NCBI GenBank assembly: GCA_977030845.1
Contig: OZ365110.1
Span: forward strand, 21,700,001 to 21,764,000
Source: Fimbriosthenelais zetlandica
Lineage: Eukaryota
DNA: 64,000 nt
Direction of reading: 5' to 3'
This document shows positions 1 through 11,700 of this stretch, in pieces. Both the position numbers and the translations under genes were made by a program. Under the pieces are notes generated by a model. The model saw only the letters and a list, made by a program, of their open reading frames with translations. It was not told the origin of the DNA and searched no databases. The number at the start of each line of letters is the position of its first letter. Positions within the stretch are counted from its first letter, which is position 1.

Positions 1-2251
1 CCCGGGTGGCTCATCTCACTCTATATGGCTCATGTCGATCCTGATGGTCCCAGAAGCTAGCTAGATGCCCTTTTGTGGATCTCAGCCCTTCCCCCACAAC
101 CCACATTTGTTGTAAGGGTACCACAGTATAGCTCAGGGGTGCAATAGATGCCCTTTCTTTATATCACCCCGGGTGGCTCATCTCACTCTATATGGCTCAT
201 GTCGATCCTGATGGTCCTACATGATAGCTAGAAGCCCTTTTGTGGACCTCGTCCCTTCCCCCACAATCCGGCCTTGTTGTTGGTGTACCACATTAAAACT
301 CAGGGGGAGCAATAGATGCCCTTTCTTGATATCACCCCGGGTGGCTCATCTCACTCTATATGGCTCATATCGATCCTGATGGTCCCACATGCTAGCTATA
401 TGCCCTTTTTGGATCTCAACCCTTCTCCCACAACCCACATTTGTTGTCAGGGTACCACGGTATAGCTCAGGGATGTAATAGATGCCCTTTCTTCATATCA
501 CTCCTGGTGGCTCATCTCACTCTATATGGCTCATGTCGATCCTGATGGTCCCAGATGCTAGCTAGATACCCTTTTTGGATCTCAACCCTTCCCCCACAAC
601 CCACATTTGTTGTCAGGGTACCACAGTATAGCTCAGGGGTGCAATAGATGCCCTTTCTTTATATCACCCCGGGTGGCTCATCTCACTCTATATGGCTCAT
701 ATCGATCCTGATGGTCCCAGATGATAGCTAGAAGCCCTTTTTGGATCTCAACCCTTCTCTCACAACCCACATTTGTTGTCAGGGTACCACGGTATAGATC
801 AGGGGTCCAATAGATGCCCTTTCTTTATATCACCCCGGGTGGCTCATCTCACTCTATATGGCTCATGTCGATCCTGATGGTCCTACATGATAGCTAGAAG
901 CCCTTTTATGGACCTCGTCCCTTCCCCCACAATCCAGCCTTGTTGTTGGTGTACCACATTAAAACTCAGGGGGAGCAATAGATGCCCTTTCTTCATATCA
1001 CCCCGGGTGGCTCATCTCACTCTATATGGCTCATATCGATCCTGATGGTCCCACATGCTAGCTATATGCCCTTTTTGGATCTCAACCCTTCTCCCACAAC
1101 CCACATTTGTTGTCAGGGTACCACGGTATAGCTCAGGGGTGTAATAGATGCCATTTCTTCATATCACTCCGGGTGGCTCATCTCACTCTATATGGCTCAT
1201 ATCGATCCTGATGGCACCAGAGGCTAGCTATATGCCCTTTTTGGATCTCAACCCTTCGCCCACAACCCACCTTTGTTGTCAGTGTACCACAGTATAGCTC
1301 AGGGGTGCAATAGATGCCCTTTCTTTATATCACCCCGGGTGGCTCATCTCACTCTATATGGCTCATGTCGATCCTGATGGTCCTACATGATAGCTAGAAG
1401 CCCTTTTATGGACCTCGTCCCTTCCCCCACAATCCAGCCTTGTTGTTGGTGTACCACATTAAAACTCAGGGGGAGCAATAGATGCCCTTTCTTCATATCA
1501 CCCCGGGTGGCTCATCTCACTCTATATGGCTCATATCGATCCTGATGGTCCCACATGCTAGCTATATGCCCTTTTTGGATCTCAACCCTTCTCCCACAAC
1601 CCACATTTGTTGTCAGGGTACCACGGTATAGCTCAGGGGTGTAATAGATGCCATTTCTTCATATCACTCCGGGTGGCTCATCTCACTCTATATGGCTCAT
1701 ATCGATCCTGATGGCACCAGAGGCTAGCTATATGCCCTTTTTGGATCTCAACCCTTCGCCCACAACCCACCTTTGTTGTCAGTGTACCACAGTATAGCTC
1801 AGGGGTGCAATAGATGCCCTTTCTTCATATCACCCCGGGTGGCTCATTTCACTCTATATGGCTCATATCGCTCCAGATGGTCCAAGATGTTTGCTAGATG
1901 CCCTTTTTCGATCTCAACCCTTCTCCCACAACCCACCCTTCTTGTCAGGGTACCACAGTATAGCTTAGGGTTGCCATAGATGCCCTTTCTTTATATCACT
2001 CCGGGTGGCTCATCTCACTCTATATGGCTCATGTCGATCTTGATGGTCCCACATGCTAGCTAGATGCCCTTTTGTGGACCTCGTCCCTTCCCCCACAAAC
2101 CACATTTGTTGTAAGTGTACCACGGTATAGGTCAGGGGTGCAATAGATGCCCTTTCTTCATATCACCCCGGGTGGCTCATCTCACTCTATATGGCTCATA
2201 TCGCTCCAGATGGTCCAAGATGTTTGCTATATGCCCTTTTTGGATCTCAAC
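1..2251. repeat. Tandem satellite array, 166-168-bp monomer, 13 full units plus a partial one (continues off the left edge)
   Basis: Unit starts (ccgggtggctcatctcactctatatggctcat...) at 1,168,336,502,668,834,1002,1168,1334,1502,1668,1834,2000,2167. No unique spacers between units. Confidence 0.97.
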
Positions 2252-2519
2252 CGAAAGTCGAAAGTGACATAATTGACATGACTGTTATTTATAGTAGTAT
2301 ATAAGAAGTTACTCAGAGGCGATGGTGTGGGTTAATGGTAATGTGGGGTGGGTGTTTATTTTTATGACTTTTAATTGATATATTGTACAATAGACGTTTT
2401 ATTGTAATTGACAAATAATATTGTACAAAACTATCTGTATGATGAGGAAACAGACATAATTGGCCGCCTGAAAATACATTGTTAAAATGGAAATGGTACA
2501 AATAAAAGGCTTATTAAAC

Positions 2520-3345
2520 TTCAAAAACCCTAGATGCCCTTTTCTCATCTCAGCATTCCCTCACAACCCTCCCTTATTGATGGGGTACCATAGTACAGCG
2601 CAGTGGTCCAATAGATGCCCTTTCCTAATATCACTCCGGGTGGCTCATGTCACTCCATATATGGCTCATCTCACTCAACATGGGCCCAGATGTCACCTAG
2701 GTGCCCTTTTTGGATCTTATCTCTTCCCCTTAACCCTCAGAACGCTCCCTTATAGTCGGGGTACCACAGTACAGTGCAGGGGTGCAATAGATGCCCTTTA
2801 CATAAGCATCACTCCCGTTGGCTCATCTCACTCTATATGGTTCATCTCACTGAACATATGCCCAGATATCACCTAGATGCCCTTTTTGCATCTCAGCCCT
2901 ACCCCTCAACCCCCTCACCCCCACCTTATAGTCGGGTTACCACGGTACAGTGCAGGGGTGCAATAGATGCCCTTTAGGCCTACATATAATATCACTCCCG
3001 TTTGCTCATCTCACTCTATATGGCTCATCTCACTCAAAATGGTCCCAGATATCACCTAGATGCCCTTTTTGCATCTCATGTCTTCGTCCACAACCCTCAC
3101 AACCCTCCCTTATAGTCGGGGTACCACGGTACAGTGCAGGGGTGCAATAGATGTTCTTTCTATATATCACTCTGGGTGGCTCATCTCACTCTATGGCTCA
3201 TCTCACTCAAGATGGTCCCCCCGTAATAGACCTATATCACTCCAGGTGGCTCATCTCACTCCAGATGGCTCATCTAACTCCAGATGGGCCCAGATGTCAC
3301 ATAGGTGCCCTATTCGCCTCTCATCCCTCTCCCCACGCCCGTCCC
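2520..3345. repeat. Diverged flank of the same satellite (4-5 degenerate, longer units)
   Basis: Retains tagatgccctt, ggtaccac.gta and ggctcatctcactc motifs with irregular spacing. Separated from the main array by ~270 bp of AT-rich DNA. Confidence 0.85.
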
Positions 3346-3725
3346 CAATTTAAAAGTTCAAATCCACCATGATATAAGCCTACTATAGGCCTTATTCCCC
3401 ACTGAACGACCCGTACTAATAATATATTTTAATTTTGGGCCACCATACTTTGACCTATATATGCACTCCGTATGGCTCATTGACCTACTTCCAGGTCACG
3501 CCGGATGGCTCAATCACGCTAGATTACTCACGATTTAGTGTGCGAAGGGTCAATCGAGTGTGGCCCGAGTCGCTGTCAATAATATGTTGATTAAACAAAA
3601 AATGGTTTTAGATAATTGTAATTGACTAATTCATTTCGGTGAGTTCACACAAAGAACTCGAGAGCACGAACGACCGGAGCGCCACTTAGCGGAGTGTGGA
3701 GTTGTAGAAGCGGTAGCCTGTAAAC

Positions 3726-3769
3726 TAGTCAGTTCGTGCCTGACTCTGCACAACATGGGTTGTTTAGAT
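3726..3769 (+). mobile_element. Left half of the 85-bp inverted-repeat mini-element (see 53128-53212)
   Basis: 44 bp identical to 53128-53171 (tagtcagttcgtgcctgactctgcacaacatgggttgtttagat). Confidence 0.75.
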
Positions 3770-4428
3770 TAGCCTACATTTATGCCATGACAGGTTCTGT
3801 CCAAATTCAGGCTGGATATTCTCAATTTATAAGGTATGAACAATTTAAAAATTAAATTTAAATGTGCCGATCAGTAGTAGCAATGCCTCCTACAGTTTGA
3901 TGCCCTTTTGTAGCGGTTTTGAATGTCATTTTAGTCATTTAGACGACTTAAACTTGTCCGGGACTTCTCCCTGCTTCTGCCAGTGCCGTGGCTGAGTGAC
4001 TCGCTGTGAGCCTCGCGAGGATTAGCCTACATTTATCCCACGTATTTAGGCTATAATAGCCAGTTTGTCCCCTATTCAAACATTACACATTATAATTTAT
4101 TACCATATAATTAATTACCAGATTTTGTGTACCTAACATTAGACATAGGGCCTCCCCAGCACTCATTTTCTTCAGCCTAGCCTTAGGCCCAGGGGCTTGA
4201 GCCCCATTCCATACTGACCAATCAGAAACGCCCTTACAAAAAACTTCTCAACATGTTGAGAATGAATTACATTTGTCAATGGCCGTATTTCACCCATTTT
4301 CATTAAGAAACCACCTCAGTCATGGCATAATGTAGTGTATAGAACATCATTTTACCATGATAGGTTGTAGCCAATTCTATACAGCTGTTGCAATAAAACA
4401 ATGACTGTTGTCCAAAATGGCCGTTTTA

Positions 4429-5432
4429 GGAGAGTTGAGCCACTCTTCATGAGGAGAGTTGAGCATGGCACAACTCTCCTCTACCGTGTCAAATCTCTCC
4501 TATATAGCCTATTGCTCCCAGGTGGCCAATGTCTTAAATAGGCATATGTTGTCCTTTTTTAACACAATGCCACAAGAATGCAAACGGAAATCAGAGCTTG
4601 TTGGGATGGTAAATGGTCTCTAACATGCAACAGAAGCCGTTTAGGGTTGTCACAGTATCCACTCTGCAGAAAAATACTTTGTTGTGGATGGAGTGGGTCT
4701 CCCCTATTGAGACAGGCCTATTATTAAATTAGAACGCGAAGAAACTAGGCCTATCCAGAGAGAGTTAACCCTAGAGTTAACCCTAACCCTAGAGTTACCC
4801 TAACCCTAGGGTTAGCGTTAGCCCTAGGGTAAGCTTTGGGTTAGGGTTAACCTTAATCATAAAACCTTGGGTTAGGTTAGGGTTAGGTTAACCCTAAGAA
4901 ATCTCTAAACCCCAATAAAAACCCAAAACCCCAATAAATCCGTGCCTGGGATGGAGAAGAATGGTAGGCCTATACGTGAAAAAAGGTATAGTAGAAGAGA
5001 GAAGCAGGAGAGAAGATATAGTAGAGAAGAGAGGGAAATGGGAGAAGGGAGAGATGGGAGAATAAAGAGAGAAAGGACCAGGGAAGGTCCTCCATCACCC
5101 CTACGCCCCTTCTACCAACCACGTAACCACAAGCCTCAGTTTTAATTACTTTTAATATAATTTAATAGCACATGGCTCAACTCTCCCCAAGCAAATCTAA
5201 CGCCATGCTCAACTCTCCTCAGTCCAAAGGAGAGTTGAGCCAGTTGACCATGTGTTATATATGAGGCAATTCTGAGATAGCCAATGACTTTGGATTTAAT
5301 TTAACCAGCCCATATTGCAAAAAAATAATACTACTTTATAATAGTAACAAAGTTCTCCATCTAAGTTGAATATGCGAAAAGATATTGCACAAAATCGAAA
5401 AATTGGCACAACTCTCCTCGGTCTCCCCTACT
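4429..5432. mobile_element. Degenerate non-autonomous DNA transposon (MITE-like) with repeated GGAGAGTTG(AGC) subterminal motifs
   Basis: Motif forward at 4429, 4453, 5229 and reverse at 4471, 5175, 5207, 5409. Right end reads caactctcctcggtctcccctac. A matching left terminus was not found. Confidence 0.4.
4763..4897. repeat. Degenerate telomere-like (CCCTAA/TTAGGG) palindromic cluster
   Basis: CCCTAA at 4781, 4798, 4892; TTAGGG at 4841, 4877; many TTAGG/CTAGGG variants; perfect palindrome TAACCCTAGGGTTA at 4801-4814. Confidence 0.7.
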
Positions 5433-6650
5433 CCGTCTATAGAAGCGGCTGTTCTAACGTTAGTTCCTTTATTTACCGCTTCTTAGAAGGGGGCACCTGC
5501 TTATCGTCTGTGTGTTCGTTGGGCCCCACTCCGCACAGTAGCGCTCCAGTCGTTCCGCCCATATAACACAGTCCATAGAACTACCGGTATATAGTTCTAT
5601 GCACAGTCTACAGACGTGGGTTTTGTAGCATGGTTAACTTTGCACTTTCAAAATGATTATTTTCTTACATTAGCCCCCCCCCCCACCACCAGAACGAACT
5701 CGATTAAACTTAACAGTAGGCCTAATATTTAACGTAGGCTACGGTACCGTAGGCCTACATGCCAAATAATTATGAAAGCTTTCTCCGTTTTTTTGGGCCC
5801 GGTATATAGCCTAGGCCTTCTGGTGTAGGGGGTATAAACATCCGAAATAAAAAGAGGAAAAAAAGGTTGGACACAAAAGCCTGAATAGGCCGCTAGAGCG
5901 TAGTCAACATTGAATAAATAATTCTAATGGAATTATTAACAAAGTCAAAATTTCATGACCCAATTTATTAAGGCAACATTTAAATTTTACAAGGAAATAC
6001 AAGGATACACCAATTTAATATACAATTGCCGATTTATAAATCATGGTCCCTTTTATTTGCAGTCCTGCAAAATGAAATTACATGTTGGCAGCGTGTGAAT
6101 CGGTCACTTGGAAATTTCTTGTTACAAATCATTACCATGGCATGGATATAGGGCTGGGTGTAAAGGCATCCAAAAGTCATTTATAAATTCAGCATTTAAT
6201 GTGCCTTATTAGGGCTTCATATAATTTTATAATACATCCGATGTTTGTGAGTCGTGTCAGTCTTTTATCTACGATTAGCTTTATTATGGAAAGAGTGGAA
6301 GACGAAAGCATATACGCAGTTTTGGACTGACGTTGAAGTACATGATTTGAACCGTTACAATAAAGTATAATTTTATACCGATACATGAAGCTGACTTCTA
6401 CCGTCGTTCACAAGACTCACATCCCATTCGATCCAATCGGTAGCCTATGTGCTAAACTGTATCTTACCAAGTCAAACTAATATATTTCACCACTGTACCT
6501 TTGCAGCCAATAAACAAAATCAATGAAACGCTGTAATCATTACTTTTACATATGGCCGCATCTTCATAAATATAACTTCATAATTCCAGATGCTTATGAA
6601 AGCTCAATATTGGATACATATTCAGGATAAGAGACCCAATACGATCCTTT

Positions 6651-6678
6651 AATAATAATAATAATAATAATAATAATA
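6651..6678. repeat. (AAT)n microsatellite
   Basis: About 9 perfect AAT units. Confidence 0.95.
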
Positions 6679-8706
6679 GAAACGCATGTACACAAGAGGA
6701 ATAATAATATTGTTTGCTGAGAAAACGGCAGGTGTGTCAAATGTGACCAGCACTTAACACTCTAAAACATTACAAAACATCCTCACAATTAACTAAATCA
6801 ATTTGACTGGACTTCGTGAAAAGGTCCTGGAATTACCTTAATGTTTCTTATCTTTCCTTAGAATTATAACATAAGGTAGTTATCATATATATTACACTGT
6901 AGAAATGGGTCTCGATACCTTGACAAACTTAGTCCTTAGTTTGCACTCGTTACAAATCCATAATTATGTAAACTATGAGGGGCGTAAATTATGTACAAAT
7001 TAGGTTGGTTACGTGAAGGGTTTATTGTACCGGGTAATATTGTAACGGTCGCTCTGTAAGTCAATATCATAATAAAGGGAAGATTGGTATAATATAAATT
7101 ATTATAGAAATTATACTTGGCATAATATAATTAATTTTCAGCATAGAGTACCATTACAGAGTTCGCCAGACTGCCATAAAATCTATGAGAATAATAACAC
7201 TGTTTGGTGACAGTTAACTAATATTAGTTCCATAGATTTTACCGAGATCCAACGTGAAACTAAGACTGTTCTAGCTATGGTGTTTGGCAAATTCCTTTGG
7301 GTAAAAAAATGTTGGTAGTTACAAATTTATAAGAAACGTAAAGGACATTTTTTAGCATGAATGTAAAATTTAAAACATTACGATGAATGGATAATGCATG
7401 TAGTGGAAATATCCTCCCCTTTTAGCAGTATTATATATGCAGTGGAAATTGTCGGCGTAGACTATCACCATGGAGACAAGAGTATTTGTTAATTCAGGAA
7501 ACGGGCGTTTTTGGGGTGGACAAATTCCTTAACATGCACTAATCGTATTAATTTTACTGGTCACTCAATACATCGAAAACACTGCGTAATTAAGGCATTG
7601 GAAATTGGACATTTTTATCTTAAATGAATACGTAAATTCTGTTCCCCCTACCACAACCATTCCTGCTTATTTGGCCGGATTTACATTATATCAATTAACA
7701 ACTTGTCAGTGAGAGACGGGCAGATTCCACACAGTCAACATATATGAACGAAGCTGATTCAACAAAAAGGAACAATAATATAACCTCAATCTCTTTAAGA
7801 CCATAATTATAATAATTTGAGCAAACATAATAAGTCAAGGCCATGAGGCAGAACAAAAAACAAATAATTCTACAATTCAGAAACAGAGATTCTATCCTTC
7901 AGGTTCATAAAGGCCATCGAGTACACTTATGTGTCCCTATTTTGCAATGTTTGGGATCACTTTAGTGATAAATATTAATAGATTATAAGCATAATAATGG
8001 GCAGTTGGAGAATCCAGTAGTGCTCAGAGTATAGTCAGTTTGTTGGGTAGAGCTTACACCAATATATTGACAAGACTTTGTACAAAAATACCAAAAACAT
8101 TGTAACGTCATCTTACACGTAACAAAGAGGCTGTATATCGAGTATTATTAAATCTTCTCCAGATCCAAGTGTCATGATACCGATTGTTTTAAGCACCCCG
8201 TGATAAAACTGTAAACATGAGTAATACATCCTTTGAAACACGAATTCTGTAAGTTGTCAATGGATAATTATCATTATTAACCTTGCCTTGATATGATGAA
8301 GCTGCTGCAGTAAGTATGGAATCCAAAATAAACGACCATTGATAAACGATATCCTGTCACTCAGAAAAAAACCCAAGAGAAACCCAATTTTATTCCATTT
8401 GTAATGTTGATGTACTATATTATAACCCAAAGTATGGAACCCCATCCCTAAACAGAAAGCACAATACCATGGCAGATTCCATTTAGAGGTGTCCATTTGA
8501 CCAAAATTCAGTATTCGTTGTAGATTAGCTCCACTTATGTTATTAACATCAATTTTTTTTACATCTCTATCTTCTAGCTGCAAACGAAAACACTACAGCA
8601 AAGAATATGGCCAAAGTTGTGTATCCCGGTTATGAAAGGAATGTTATAAATACAAATAATAACAAAAGATTAAATCGTCGCCAAAGGCATCATCACGAGC
8701 GAGTTG

Positions 8707-11700
8707 TTACTTCTTAAACAAGCTCTTGCCCTTGTTCTTTTTCTTCAAAGTGGAATCTTTCTCCTCTTGTGTGAATCGTATCATGTAGTTGTATACATTC
8801 AGCATGTCCGTATCAGAATCTTTCTTTCTCCGTGCGTATATTGAGAACATGTAATTGCCCGGTCGCGTTAAGGAGATGTTAAATTTGGCTTTCTTGCCAT
8901 TCTCCTTCATGGATACCTTGTCCCGGTAGTCCTCGTTGGGCTCCTTTGTCATTTGATAGGACAACTTGAGGGCCTCACTGAGACCAATTTCAATGGTCAG
9001 TGTCCCTGGTTCACTTTTCTCAATGGTGGCATCGCGATGAGACAAAGCCTTGAGACCGAGTTCATCCCAGTGTGGGGATGGTCCCCAGCGTTCCTTGGCC
9101 ATCTTTTGTGAGGGTTCTACCTTGGAAACTGTGATATCCACTGGGTCAGTGACTCGGGTACAGTTCAGGAGGTACTTGCAGGCATGGGCAAGTGTATGAT
9201 TATCAGCAGCATCTTCAGGGCGGGCGTATATATCCAGCCCGTACTGGCCAGGCTGGGGAGGGCGACACCTGACGGTCAAAGCATCATCTAACACGGAGTA
9301 GCTCACATACTTTTCCAGCAGGTAATCTTCCACTCCATTCATGCGCAGTTTACACAGGAAGTGTAGAGGTCGGGGAATCTTGAAGCGGATCTCTGTCTCA
9401 TTGTCGAAGGACACCACACCTGTCATGTGGGTAAGCGGTTTGAGTCCAAAATGACGGATACCTTTACTCGGACCCCACTCACCAGAGGCACAGTTAGGGA
9501 GGGGGTGCATTTTACCAGTTAGTTCTTCACATACCACCTGAAATAAAATTGAAATCAATTAATAACTTTCATTTTCGTAAAATAACAGGTAAATGCGTAT
9601 ATCTCTACAATGGTAAGATAGAAATACAAAATAATATATTTATGAACTTCCTGGGGTAGCAAGATTTGAATTCTACAAAAGCCATTGAGCAACCATCACC
9701 TGATGCAATACAATCCAATGGAATATTATATTTTAAATAATATTGCCTGTTGAAGTCTATAGACAATAGTGTAACCATCTCACTGCGCTCGGCTTATGAT
9801 AATATTTTATAAACACACGCACGTACCTTGAATTTACAAGCACACTTAAGCCTGAAGGGCATCATGGTAGCATTGGGGTCGTCGCCGATCTTGTGGGAGT
9901 CGTCAATCTTGTTGGCAAACACCTCCAAGAAATAAGCTGCTGGAGTGGGAACGTGCACGGAGAAGAGAGCATAGCCATCGACGATGGAATGGAAGACAAA
10001 TCTCTCAAGTTTCGCTCCTCGGAATTCCGTCTCGTTCCGTCGTTCCCGGTCGGCAAATCGTATTTGATAGTGGAAGACGAGGTCAGAGGAAAACTCCTGG
10101 GGCACTCGAACCTTGACCTGAAATTCACATGTTTATTTATTGCTCATTTCCAATTCCTTCTAAAGGACGCCCTCGGGATATGGATACTTCATAGAAACGA
10201 GTTTCCTTGGAAAGCCTCGGGCATTTCAGAGAAAAAACCGAAATAATCTATTCAAATGCAAACAAACTATCAGCTGAAGTACATTAGCTTTAAAGTAAAC
10301 AGACCATGTATATGATAGGCAATGCAAGTCCATAGATATACTTCCCAGAAAATGCAAGAATGTTTCTTATTCCTTATTATAAATAAACATTTAGCGGACA
10401 TTTTCATACTACATATATATGCAAACCAGACCAAACTGCAATTTTATTGGAAAATCATCATTTTTTCCAGGACATTTCCAGTAGTGCATGACTGGTTTCC
10501 CAGGGTTATCCAGTATAGGAAAACGATTTCACGGGCATTCTGTGTTGAAGTAAAATTTCAGGCTTGTTGCCTATTAATAAGTAAAGGAAAAACGAGGGAA
10601 AATTTACCTCTGTACCTCCCTTGCTGTCTGTGTGTAGCACAGCACGTAGATCTCTATCAAACTCCAGCCCGTAGTGGAAGAAGACGGAGCGTACAAACGG
10701 CATGGCTTCAAACTCCTCCAGTGTGATGGGTCGCTCCATGAGCTGCCACTGAGGCTCAGACGCCCAGAACTCTTGGATGAACTCATCAGGGTCAGTGAGG
10801 AAATAATGCTCGTCATACTGGTAACGGATCTTGTCTTGTTTCTTGTTGCTCTTCTCCCGGGGTTTATCCTGCACGTCTTTGTTCAACACCAAATGTCTGC
10901 AAATTAAATTATACACACATATTACTAACTTGGCTGTATGGGAGGGATCTTTTTGTATGTATACATGTATAATATTGTTTAACGTCTAGTCAGTAATCTT
11001 TTAGCTATCTCAGGACAAGAGGAAACACGCTGTTAGCACACAATGGTCGACCTTTCTCGGACGGCAGCAATGGTTCTTTACAGGCCTCTCATCAGAGAGA
11101 GTATAAGGGCAATATCGCTGGCCTTTGATACCTTGATACACCAGTTAGCAGCACTGGCAAGTTCGGAGAATGCATTCGAGTAGAACACAGATGGCATTTT
11201 TTTGATAATATTGGGAAGAGGAGGCTCTATGGCCTGGTGGTTTTAATTGGCAGCAAAGTTTGTTTTACATAGTCCCACAGACAATGGGAGGCATGGCCCA
11301 ATAAGCAACACTGAAGGGTGGAGGCCAAATTGCAAATTTCAAGGTTACTCAGGGACCCAGTCCTGCTATATTGTATTCCAACAACCCGAACACTTTAGCC
11401 ACAACCCCAACCAAAACTCGGGTATAATAAACAGTTCTTCTTGATGGTTATTGATCAGTGAAATTTATATGTTTATGTCAAGAATGGAAATATTCCCAAA
11501 TATTTTATTCAAAATTCACTTTTCAGACGCAGCTTCATCATATCAAGGTGTTCAAAGTTAACCTAGTTTATGGTAACTGAAAATTTGGAAGTGTTTATCG
11601 GGTTCTCCTCCGTTTTGTGTGAGTCTAAATTAAAACAAGAATTCTCTAAAAAAAAAGTCTTACCTGGCTCCCCAGTTACATTGCACGGGCCACCAGTCGC

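Noticed and set aside
1-2251. CRISPR array or hammerhead-ribozyme (retrozyme) tandem
   Set aside because: Units are contiguous with no unique spacers. The CTGATGG motif lacks the conserved A9, and no stem II/GAAA follows on either strand.
1773-3372. Several 65-129-aa ORFs
   Set aside because: They are translations of satellite units and repeat the same peptides.
4763-4897. Ancient telomere-telomere fusion scar
   Set aside because: Orientation is CCCTAA then TTAGGG, opposite to a fusion, and the tract is short and degenerate.
8257-8583. 108-aa minus ORF downstream of hillarin
   Set aside because: Lies in the probable 3' UTR, has no recognisable motif and no needed splice connection.
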